Below are positions 54,123 through 62,620 of a stretch of 64,000 bases of DNA, piece by piece. This DNA is from a virus, in the IMG/VR virus record IMGVR_UViG_3300017989_004886, one strand, 5' to 3'. The notes under the pieces were generated by a model, which saw nothing but the letters and a program-made list of their open reading frames with translations, had not been told where the DNA came from and searched no databases. The position numbers were made by a program, and so were the translations under genes. Positions within the stretch are counted from its first letter, which is position 1, and each line of letters opens with the position of its first letter.

Positions 54123-54377
54123 TTAGGGACCCTTAAAATTACTCATTTAAAATAAGTATTAATGAATTATTAAAATAAAATCATGACTACACAGTTTCTT
54201 CTGGACCTATTTCTCTTTGCTCTTGAAAACCGCAATCAAAACATTGAATACCTAAAATCAAACAACCAAAGGATCTTTTGTTATCCTTGGTTTCTTTATA
54301 CTCTCGAAAACGTATTGTGCTAACAAGTTTTGAATTGCATTTTGAACACTTAAACCCTTCTTTCTGTTTGGGCATCT

Positions 54378-54833
54378 TTAACTTCCTTTGAAAGGTCGAA
54401 TTGTTTTTGTTTGAGCGCGTGTTTTCTTCAGGCGTCTGCGTGCTCGAATTTCTTTGCGAATCATCATTAGACGGCCAAGTATCTGATTACAAGGAGCACA
54501 CATCGTTCTGGTGTTATCTAAGTCACGTGAACCCATTTTTGCTTTGGGTTTGATATGGTCAACCGTGAATTCTATTAGTTTCGCTGTCCAACTATCTACT
54601 CCATAGAGAATAAGAACATGGCCTTCATTTTCTTTGTGGTAGTTTAAGGAAAAGTAGGGCGCTTTCAAACCACACAGATGACATTGTGTACCATTCTGCT
54701 TGAAAGATCTGAGTCTAAAAGAATTTCCTTTAACCTGTATGTTACCGATTTTAATCCATCTCACAGGGACCTGATCTAAGATCTCTTCGATCTCGTGATC
54801 TGAAATGTGTACTAGGTATTTTTTCTTGTTCAT
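54378..54833 (-). CDS. HNH endonuclease
   Basis: CHLC..TVDHIKPK..G..D..N...MC..CN. Confidence 0.85.
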   Translation of the reverse strand: MNKKKYLVHISDHEIEEILDQVPVRWIKIGNIQVKGNSFRLRSFKQNGTQCHLCGLKAPYFSLNYHKENEGHVLILYGVDSWTAKLIEFTVDHIKPKAKMGSRDLDNTRTMCAPCNQILGRLMMIRKEIRARRRLKKTRAQTKTIRPFKGS

Positions 54834-54837
54834 ATAA

Positions 54838-54910
54838 CTCGGGAGGAAGGGTTTGAACCTTCAACCTTCCGGGTCAAAGCCGGACGTTCTGCCAATTGAA
54901 CTACTCCCGA
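54838..54910 (-). tRNA. tRNA-Gln(UUG)
   Basis: TCGGGAG/CTCCCGA; TCCGG-CTTTGAC-CCGGA. Confidence 0.92.
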
Positions 54911-54964
54911 TCATCTTCTTTAGGAATCTCGCGATATTTAAGATTAAGTTAGGACACCAGACTT

Positions 54965-55102
54965 ACGCCTCGTCACCTAGGCAACTTCAAGAGAAGTTTG
55001 CTTTTGTTTGTTAGCAACATAAGCTACTAACTCACTCATCTTAACCCCACTTCTTTCAAAGTCAGGTAGCCTTATTCTCTTTGGGTTAGACGTAAACCCA
55101 CT
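54965..55102 (-). ncRNA. Putative omegaRNA scaffold of TnpB-B
   Basis: 138 nt colinear with 60321-60458; compensatory stem changes. Confidence 0.7.
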
Positions 55103-56353
55103 AGACAGTCGAGCAATGGCAAATTTGCCATTGCTTCCCTGCTTACTTTTGATTGCTATGTTAGCAGCCCCATTCACATCAGCATTGATTAGAGTGCCTT
55201 TAGAGGTCCCGAACAAACCTCTATGAATACGTTTACCTAGATAAGTAGTGTGTTTCTCTGGGTACTCTTCATCTAAGAAACTACACTTGGATGTGTAAGA
55301 CTCATCTTGAAAAATTAGTTCTAGACCATAGATTTGGCACTTGTGTTTAAGTTTTTGTTTGAAATTGGCGAATGGTATTTGTACAAAGTTTTGATTGTTG
55401 ATCTTACCTAGTTTGATACTTTGTTTGATCTCACTAGACCAGTCACCAATGATGATAGTGCCTATATCCTTTTGAGCACAATACTTGATAATATAGGAGA
55501 CCATTTGATTTAGATAGTTATTAATTTGATTCTTACGTTGTTGTGTTAGTCTGATTAGTCTTTTTGAACTCTTTTCTAGTTCAACTCCTTTCTTCTTTAA
55601 AGAGTTCTTGTGCTTGATGTAAACAGTCTTTAACTTTGCGGTTTGTTTGTTCCACCATCTGTTGATTGATTTGAGTTCTCGCCCATCCAGAATAAACGAA
55701 CGTCCAGATTGGCAATCCAAACAAGTGGCAAAGTTATCAAGACCACAATCTATACTTAAGAGATTTGATTTATCTAAGTTAAGATTAGTTTTTGATTCGT
55801 CATGTTCGTAAGTGATCGCTAGTTCAAAGTATTGAGCGTTGTTGTGTTGAATTATAGCTACTTGTTTGATTTTGCCTTTAAATTGTTTTTTAAATGAAAT
55901 CTTGATCTTGTAGTTAGTTTTTAGGTTATTTTCTCTACAGACTTGTTTTGATGGGTGAAAATAGAAATAAGTATCTGTAAAATTGAAACTCTTCGGTGAC
56001 AGATAGATATGATAATAACCATCTTTTGGAAGATAATGTGGCATTTTGACTTTACAGTGATAGTCACCTGATTTTTGTTTCTTCTTTAAAGCGAAGAATG
56101 ATCTAAAAGCCCAATCTATTCGAAGTTGGATGTGTGCTGCAACATCTGATTTCATCCTTTGTGTTTCTGGTAGTTGTTTTACTAAATTATGGCGAGCGTA
56201 CATACCTAAGAACTCACCATTATTAAAGAAATGTTGTCGCGTTATATAAAGAACTGAATTATAAAAATTTTTAGAATCTTTACACATTTGTTTAAGAAAT
56301 AGATAGTCCTGTTTTGATAATTTCCTAATCTGAATTTTTTGTGTAAGTATCAT
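54977..56353 (-). CDS. tnpB: TnpB-family RNA-guided nuclease (TnpB-B)
   Basis: SIDCG (RuvC-I), IIIGD, QDESYTSKCS, NADVNGAANI. Confidence 0.92.
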   Translation of the reverse strand: MILTQKIQIRKLSKQDYLFLKQMCKDSKNFYNSVLYITRQHFFNNGEFLGMYARHNLVKQLPETQRMKSDVAAHIQLRIDWAFRSFFALKKKQKSGDYHCKVKMPHYLPKDGYYHIYLSPKSFNFTDTYFYFHPSKQVCRENNLKTNYKIKISFKKQFKGKIKQVAIIQHNNAQYFELAITYEHDESKTNLNLDKSNLLSIDCGLDNFATCLDCQSGRSFILDGRELKSINRWWNKQTAKLKTVYIKHKNSLKKKGVELEKSSKRLIRLTQQRKNQINNYLNQMVSYIIKYCAQKDIGTIIIGDWSSEIKQSIKLGKINNQNFVQIPFANFKQKLKHKCQIYGLELIFQDESYTSKCSFLDEEYPEKHTTYLGKRIHRGLFGTSKGTLINADVNGAANIAIKSKQGSNGKFAIARLSSGFTSNPKRIRLPDFERSGVKMSELVAYVANKQKQTSLEVA

Positions 56354-56386
56354 ATCGATTATAATCGATAATTAGTAGAGTATTAA

Positions 56387-56459
56387 TGCTCCAGGAGGGA
56401 TTCGAACCCTCTTCTTCGGATCGAAAGTCCGAGATTTTATCCGATTAAACTACTGGAGC
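56387..56459 (-). tRNA. tRNA-Glu(UUC)
   Basis: GCTCCAG/CTGGAGC; TCGGA-CTTTCGA-TCCGA. Confidence 0.92.
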
Positions 56460-56461
56460 AT

Positions 56462-56818
56462 TCATAAAAATGGCTCCTCATCATCTAACTCTTCTATTTG
56501 TATTCCGCCTTCTCTTAACCATTTGGCAACTATGTGTCTGTGACAAAATTTATCCTTACCTTCATAACACAACAAAATAGCATCATTTCCTAGATCTTTA
56601 AGTACTTTTGTCGGCACAAAATTACGTTTTTTTATACATTCTAAATAGAGTTTTGTATACTCTTGTTCATTAATTTTACCTGATTTTAGATCTTTGACTA
56701 ACTGCATTGGTGGCCCAAGAAGAGGATAGTACTTACCTTTAAACCATTTTGGTTTTCCAGAAGTAATCGCGACTGCATTTGGATTATTTTTACTTTTAGC
56801 GAAGTATGATGTTTTCAT
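56462..56818 (-). CDS. DUF488-like protein
   Basis: TSYFA start; LLCYE....CHRHIVA.WL. Confidence 0.75.
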   Translation of the reverse strand: MKTSYFAKSKNNPNAVAITSGKPKWFKGKYYPLLGPPMQLVKDLKSGKINEQEYTKLYLECIKKRNFVPTKVLKDLGNDAILLCYEGKDKFCHRHIVAKWLREGGIQIEELDDEEPFL

Positions 56819-57075
56819 TTGATCTCGATTTCTACGACTCTTTTAATTGCTTTAATTTCTAATTCTTCAGCCCGAAAAACACGGTAATTTTCTAGCGTCC
56901 GGCTCTTGTCTTGCTCTAAACGATTTTTAATCCATCTGGAAGCAGCCTCTACATCCCCAAATTCTTTGATACCTTCACCATCATCATCCGCATAACCATC
57001 TGAATAATGAAGCAGGATGGTACTCATTTTATTTCCTTAAAAAGATGTTGATTATACAATTATTATTTTTACATT

Positions 57076-57107
57076 AAACAAGACCAGTAAACAAACTGGT
57101 CTTGTTT
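57076..57107 (-). terminator. Terminator hairpin, 13-bp stem
   Basis: AAACAAGACCAGT-N6-ACTGGTCTTGTTT. Confidence 0.7.
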
Positions 57108-57124
57108 GAATTTTATGTTATTAT

Positions 57125-57553
57125 TTAGAGTAGTGAATCCGAAATGATTTGCAATTTGTCTATAATATCTTGAGCGCCTTCCTTCGGATGGATAAACCAC
57201 TCTCCCGATTTAAGTTTAGCGATGAGATCAGTTAAAGTTATATTTTTGGTGTTATCGTTCATGTCAGCAAACTCTATCTCTATACTCTCACCATTGTCAG
57301 TATATCCATAAGCATCTGTATCAAAATGAGCAAAATATCCAGATTCGTAAATAGCCTGATTTGGATCACCCTCCTCTTTTAACGCTTCTTGAAAATCGAG
57401 ATCCTCAAATGTGCCTTTATCAACAAAACTTATGCCTGCAGGAGAACCGATTAGTTCTGCCAGATCGTTAATTAAGTCTGCTTTTTTTAGTATTTTAAGA
57501 TCGTTAGCTAACTTTTTGAGTTGCTCTACGTCTGCTTTTCTGATTGGGTTCAT
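57125..57553 (-). CDS. Acidic protein with N-terminal LKKLA motif
   Basis: MNPIRKADVEQLKKLANDLKILKKA. Confidence 0.6.
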   Translation of the reverse strand: MNPIRKADVEQLKKLANDLKILKKADLINDLAELIGSPAGISFVDKGTFEDLDFQEALKEEGDPNQAIYESGYFAHFDTDAYGYTDNGESIEIEFADMNDNTKNITLTDLIAKLKSGEWFIHPKEGAQDIIDKLQIISDSLL

Positions 57554-57571
57554 TTTTTTTCTCCAAACTAA

Positions 57572-58387
57572 CTACTCATGGGGACTTTCAGTAAAAATTT
57601 CTGATTCGCGTTCTTTATTAAAAGTTATTATTGGTAAACTTAATTCTGATCTACGTATCTTATTAATCTCTCGAGATAAATTAGGAGAAACTTTATCCCA
57701 AAAATCTGCAGGTGTTTTAGCATTAAACTTTGCATTTAATGCTTCCCAACTAGTCTCCTCCATATTAATATACTCAAGTAAAGTCTCTTTATTATGATGC
57801 ACCAAGCCTAAAACCCTATCAATTGCCGAGATCTTTGCGTCTAAATTTGAACCAAGCAGTTTGGGCTTATTTTGTTTAAACATATCCCAGGATCTTTTCC
57901 ATTGTCCTTTATTTTGTTGACCTCTAAAAAAAGGCTTTACATCATCTCTCTTATCCAAAACTTCATATAATTCATCGATTTCACTAAACGAAAGATCCAA
58001 ACTATTCAAATCCAAATCACCACAACCTACAAATTTACTAAGGTCAACATCTTCGGGTTGTTCATAAAGAGGCTTTTCAGAATTATAGAGCCTAACTCCA
58101 GCTTCTTTGTAGAGTTTTTGGTATAATGAAACACTGCCCCCTAGATCTTCCCAATACTCTAAACTTGGAACTCCATCTCCACCTATAAAAGATCTAACTG
58201 GATGATGTTGAAAAGTATATAAAAAAACGTCATAAATCTTAAGTGCAAAAGAATTAATTTCAGGCTCGAAGTATTCTTGTGTAAGGCTGCCTGAGATGGC
58301 ATAAAAATCATAGATATCCTGATTGGTAATTTTCCCACTAGACACCAAAAGATTCGCTAAACGATAAAGAAGAGAAATTGTTTTCAT
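57572..58387 (-). CDS. Hypothetical protein
   Basis: MKTISLLYRLANLL start after GGAAGGG. Confidence 0.55.
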   Translation of the reverse strand: MKTISLLYRLANLLVSSGKITNQDIYDFYAISGSLTQEYFEPEINSFALKIYDVFLYTFQHHPVRSFIGGDGVPSLEYWEDLGGSVSLYQKLYKEAGVRLYNSEKPLYEQPEDVDLSKFVGCGDLDLNSLDLSFSEIDELYEVLDKRDDVKPFFRGQQNKGQWKRSWDMFKQNKPKLLGSNLDAKISAIDRVLGLVHHNKETLLEYINMEETSWEALNAKFNAKTPADFWDKVSPNLSREINKIRRSELSLPIITFNKERESEIFTESPHE

Positions 58388-58400
58388 TTTCCCTTCCAAA

Positions 58401-58565
58401 CTATCTTAAGCGGCGTCCAAGACCCCTACCCTGGCCAAGACCTCTCCCATAACCATAACCCCGACCTGGACCATAACTAGGGCCTCTCCTTCTAACGCAT
58501 GGGCCTAAACCACGTCCTGTTCCTGGGCCTGTTCCTCGCGGGCCTGTACGATCTCTTGCTGGCAT
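58401..58565 (-). CDS. Gly/Arg-rich DUF5320-like small protein (54 aa, not in ORF track)
   Basis: MPARDRTGPRGTGPGTGRGLGPC..GRGYGYGRGLG; AGGAGG RBS. Confidence 0.75.
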   Translation of the reverse strand: MPARDRTGPRGTGPGTGRGLGPCVRRRGPSYGPGRGYGYGRGLGQGRGLGRRLR

Positions 58566-58835
58566 TTTGACCTCCTATTTAAGTGTTTAATAAAAGATTA
58601 TTAGTAAATTATAGAATGAAAGGTATTTCTAAGTTTTGTTTTGCTTTCTCTAAAGCTTGGTCTAGATTCTTTGATTTCCAGGGCATTGTATTGCCGAAAG
58701 CCTCTCTTAACTTTGATTTTATAAACTTTTCGTTTTCATGAGGTTTTGAACCTCTTGTGAGTCTCCTTGGTATCCTTAACCTTTGTCATTGAATTCTCCT
58801 CCAAAAATAGGAAACATTACAAAACTAACTTTTCT

Positions 58836-58957
58836 ATTATACAAAATGAATACTTAAAAGTTTATTTATTTATCACTTTTTTATTAATTAAGACGGGCTT
58901 CAGAAATTTCTAAGATCTGGAAATTAGTTTCTACTTTAATTATACAAAATGAATACT
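58836..58957 (-). promoter_or_regulatory. Two identical 19-nt copies of a -10-containing element
   Basis: AGTATTCATTTTGTATAAT at 58836-58854 and 58939-58957. Confidence 0.6.
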
Positions 58958-59033
58958 AAAAGTTAATATAATTAACGTTCTAATAATTTACTAATTGGTT
59001 CTTATTTATGAATTAATAAAAGAGATAAAAATA

Positions 59034-60446
59034 ATGTATCTTGCACTTAAATCACAGATCAGAAAACTTAGTAAACAAGACTACCTCATCATCAAACAAA
59101 TGTGTAGAGATTCAAAAGATCTCTACAACAAATCTTTATACGAAGTCAGACAACACTTCTTTAAAACAAGTGGTCATCTCACCTACTTCTCAAGATACAA
59201 ACAGATGAAAAATCTTTCGTCTGTTAAGAGAATGAAGTCAGACTTTAGCATGCATGTACAACAAAGAGTTGATTTTGCCTTCAAATCATTCCTTGCTCTT
59301 GATAAAATGGCAAGAAATGGTGAGTATGATAAGGAAAAAGTAAATATACCACACTATCTACCCAAAGATGGTTATTATAACTTGTTTATGTCTCCGAAAA
59401 GTATTGGTTTTGATAGTGAGTATTTCTATTTTCACCCTACAAGTTATATCTGTAAAGATCTTCTATTGTCTCAGAAATACAAGATCAAAATACCTTTCAC
59501 CAAAAAAATAGAAGGTATAATCAAAGAAGTTCAGATCATACCTAAAAATAATGCTCGTTACTTCGAACTCTTAATCACCTATGAATATGATGAATCTAAA
59601 ACTAATCTTAAACTAAATAAAGATAATCTTCTAAGTATCGATCTTGGGCTAGATAACCTTGCCACTTGTCTTGATCTACAGTCTGGGCGATCATTTATTC
59701 TGGATGGTCGAAAACTCAAATCACTTAACAGATGGTGGAACAAAGAGGTGGCAAGGTTAAGAGGCATCTATGAAAAACAAAAGAATAGTCAAAAGAAGAA
59801 AGGAGAGAAAGTTCAGAAAAGTTCTAAACAACTTGATCGGTTGAGTAAGTGGAGAAAGGGCCAGATAGGTAATGCTCTCAACCAAATGGTGGCTCATGTT
59901 ATCAAGTACTGTGCAAGTCATAACATAGGTACTATTGTCATAGGTGACTGGAAAGGCATTAAAGATGGTATTCAGATGAGACATGAAACTAAACAAAACT
60001 TTGTCCAGTTACCCTACAACTTGTTCAAACAGAAACTCTACTCCAAATGTCAAATGTTTGGACTTGGCTGTGAGTTTCAAGAAGAGAGTTATACTTCTAA
60101 GTGTAGCTTTCTTGAGCAAGAAAAGATCTGTAAACACAAGAAATATATGGGCAAGAGAATTTATAGAGGCTTGTTCAGAACCTCTAAAGGCATTCACATC
60201 AACTCAGATGTGAATGGTGCAGGTAACATAGGTGTCAAGTTCTTGTTAAATCAAAAACAAAGTCAAGATCTAAAACAACGTATGCGAGGAGATCGGGTCA
60301 TTGATCCGATTGAACTGAGTAGTGGGCTTGCGCTTAGCCCAAAGAGAATAAGGCTACCTGACTTTGAAAAGAGCCAGGTTAAGATGAGTGAGTTAGTGGC
60401 TTTGGTTGCTAATGAACAAAAGCAAACTTCTCTTGAAGTTACTTAG
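59034..60446 (+). CDS. tnpB: TnpB-family RNA-guided nuclease (TnpB-C), paralog of TnpB-B
   Basis: SIDLG, IVIGD, QEESYTSKCS, NSDVNGAGNI; start at MYLAL aligns with TnpB-B. Confidence 0.92.
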   Translation: MYLALKSQIRKLSKQDYLIIKQMCRDSKDLYNKSLYEVRQHFFKTSGHLTYFSRYKQMKNLSSVKRMKSDFSMHVQQRVDFAFKSFLALDKMARNGEYDKEKVNIPHYLPKDGYYNLFMSPKSIGFDSEYFYFHPTSYICKDLLLSQKYKIKIPFTKKIEGIIKEVQIIPKNNARYFELLITYEYDESKTNLKLNKDNLLSIDLGLDNLATCLDLQSGRSFILDGRKLKSLNRWWNKEVARLRGIYEKQKNSQKKKGEKVQKSSKQLDRLSKWRKGQIGNALNQMVAHVIKYCASHNIGTIVIGDWKGIKDGIQMRHETKQNFVQLPYNLFKQKLYSKCQMFGLGCEFQEESYTSKCSFLEQEKICKHKKYMGKRIYRGLFRTSKGIHINSDVNGAGNIGVKFLLNQKQSQDLKQRMRGDRVIDPIELSSGLALSPKRIRLPDFEKSQVKMSELVALVANEQKQTSLEVT

Positions 60447-60458
60447 GTGACATGGCGT
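60321..60458 (+). ncRNA. Putative omegaRNA scaffold of TnpB-C
   Basis: Colinear with 54965-55102; similarity extends past the stop codon. Confidence 0.7.
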
Positions 60459-62436
60459 CATATCTAACAACTAAAAAGAAGTAATCTCCATTGATTGCCA
60501 ATTCTCTTTTAAGATAGTCTCTTTTCTGTGCCTCTTTAAAATGAATAATGTTTTTATGTATGTGATTTGGGAAGACAAAATGGTGATAGCCGTGATACTC
60601 TACAATTAAATTTAATGTTTGAAGATAACCATCATACAGAAACTTGCGACCTGTTTCTGGATTTCGAATTTCATTAAAAGATTTTTCCTCTTTATAGGGC
60701 TGTCCAGTTATTTTAGAGATTAGTTCGAGGATCTGATGTTGTGTGACAAGATAACGTTTAGGTTTCAAACCTAAATGCTCCATTTCCCTTCTAATAATTG
60801 GGCAGCAGAGGTTTAAACCTTTAATTGCCTTCGGAACGAAAACATCTCCCTTCTCATCGAGATAGGGCTTGAAATCTTCAAGATTGAGGGTGATTAGTTT
60901 ACTTGGAGGTCCTACCCAATTAGGGTCTGATTTCGTTTCAATTATTTTTTGAGTTCTCTTATATATGCGTAGATCATCAAATTTAGTTAAACCCTTGCAC
61001 CAGGAAGTTTGGCCTTGACGACCTTTAGAGGTTTTCTCTATGCGTGGATCAGTCTCTTTTGTTAATCCTTTAGACCAGCCACCACTTTTCTTTTGTTTCT
61101 TTCGTATTTTAGATGAGACAAAATAAGAACCAGGGAACATTTTGCAGTAGTCTATTGTGGACATTTTATGTGTTTTAGTGATATGTGTGGCTAAGAATTG
61201 GCTTTTAAAATTACAATCGGATAGTTTACAATAGAGGTTACCATCTTTATCTTCCTCTCTAGAAATGCAATCATAACAAATGTTACCTAAAAGAAAATTT
61301 GGATCTTTTTGTTCTTGGCAAATAATGCAAAAATTAGCCTCTTCACATAAAATCTGTTGATCTGCTCTACGTTGTTTCACCTCCTCTAAACGATGATCAA
61401 TTATTGCACAATTAGGCAGCTTTCGTTCGATATAGTGTTTAGAATGGTACAGAGATTCATAATCTTCTGTGGTTAAATTATGGTTGAAGCGTAGGTGATC
61501 TTTAAGATTGTTTTTCGTTCTAAATGGAAATCCTGATTTAGTTGTACATCCTGGAACCTTGCATTCTACATAATCTATGCCTTCTTTTTTATCTTTCCAT
61601 TCTGCAAGATATTCCTCTTTAGCTATTACTTTTTTGCACTGTGAGCATAATAAAAAATGCTGAGTAGATGATTGATAAAGAGAAATCTCAAAAGACTTCT
61701 GACATCTTTCGCAAATGCCAGTCTTTGTTTTATCGTAGAAATCTGGGGGTCTGGAAGCACTGTCCTTCTGTATAGACTCTATGCGTTTTTCTTCCGTTTT
61801 TATAGCGATTGTTGGCGAATTATACTTAGAGGTGTAGTCTGAAATTGATATCTTGTGTACACTGGGTAAGTGGCGTCGTAGAGTCGTCATTCGGTATTCC
61901 GAAAAGTGCTTGCCTTCCCTCTTGCATATCTGACACTCTACATAGTCTATGTTAATGCGTTTATCTTCCCATTTCTTAGATTCTTCTTGATTAAAATAAT
62001 CTAAATGGGCTTGATCATTCTTTTTAAAAGCCATTCTTTTGATATGATTTGTGAGACCCTTAACATCTCGCACTCTAAGATTACATACTGGGCAGAATAT
62101 CTGTTCTTGTGATTTGTAATCTCTCTTTGATTTACATTTTGGGCATAGAACTTGTTTGAATCTTTTCATCTGAGATAAAGCAGATACAGTAGTAGAGAAA
62201 GTTTGATTACAGATCTGGCAGATGGTTGTTGTTTGTTTAGATGTTTTTTTCTTGCTGTGTTTCTTTCTCCTGGCATCTACATCTTCCTTTGGGTATTCTT
62301 TTTTAAAGAGAGATGTGACTACACTTATTTCGAGATCAAATTGTTCGGCTACTTTTCCTGCTGAGAGATCTGAGCGAAATAAATCTTTGATCGTCTGGTA
62401 TTCTTCTTTGGTGAGACGGTTAATTGAGTAGCGCAT
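60439..62436 (-). CDS. Multi-zinc-finger, NUMOD3-like, PD-(D/E)XK homing-type endonuclease
   Basis: Repeated YVEC..C..HL...H domains, WSKGLTKETD, LYDGY....LIVEYHG..H..RD..KR. Confidence 0.8.
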   Translation of the reverse strand: MRYSINRLTKEEYQTIKDLFRSDLSAGKVAEQFDLEISVVTSLFKKEYPKEDVDARRKKHSKKKTSKQTTTICQICNQTFSTTVSALSQMKRFKQVLCPKCKSKRDYKSQEQIFCPVCNLRVRDVKGLTNHIKRMAFKKNDQAHLDYFNQEESKKWEDKRINIDYVECQICKREGKHFSEYRMTTLRRHLPSVHKISISDYTSKYNSPTIAIKTEEKRIESIQKDSASRPPDFYDKTKTGICERCQKSFEISLYQSSTQHFLLCSQCKKVIAKEEYLAEWKDKKEGIDYVECKVPGCTTKSGFPFRTKNNLKDHLRFNHNLTTEDYESLYHSKHYIERKLPNCAIIDHRLEEVKQRRADQQILCEEANFCIICQEQKDPNFLLGNICYDCISREEDKDGNLYCKLSDCNFKSQFLATHITKTHKMSTIDYCKMFPGSYFVSSKIRKKQKKSGGWSKGLTKETDPRIEKTSKGRQGQTSWCKGLTKFDDLRIYKRTQKIIETKSDPNWVGPPSKLITLNLEDFKPYLDEKGDVFVPKAIKGLNLCCPIIRREMEHLGLKPKRYLVTQHQILELISKITGQPYKEEKSFNEIRNPETGRKFLYDGYLQTLNLIVEYHGYHHFVFPNHIHKNIIHFKEAQKRDYLKRELAINGDYFFLVVRYDAMSPK

Positions 62437-62453
62437 GTTGACTCCTAATTTAA

Positions 62454-62482
62454 ATTATACAAGAAGCAGTCGACGGGATCAA
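62454..62482 (-). promoter_or_regulatory. sigma70-type promoter for 60439-62436
   Basis: TTGATC-N17-TATAAT then AGGAG and ATG. Confidence 0.7.
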
Positions 62483-62546
62483 GGGATTTGTTAGGTTCAG
62501 CGGTTCTAGAGGCGGTTAGCGGAGCTGAACTGAAGAAAATTAGCTC

Positions 62547-62588
62547 AAAAAAATAAAGGTTTAAATTAAAGAATTTAAACCTTTATTT
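62547..62588 (-). terminator. Terminator after the sheath gene
   Basis: 17-bp perfect inverted repeat followed by a T run on the minus strand. Confidence 0.7.
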
Positions 62589-62620
62589 AATATCTTTTAA
62601 TTTTATTTAGTTCAGGTTCA

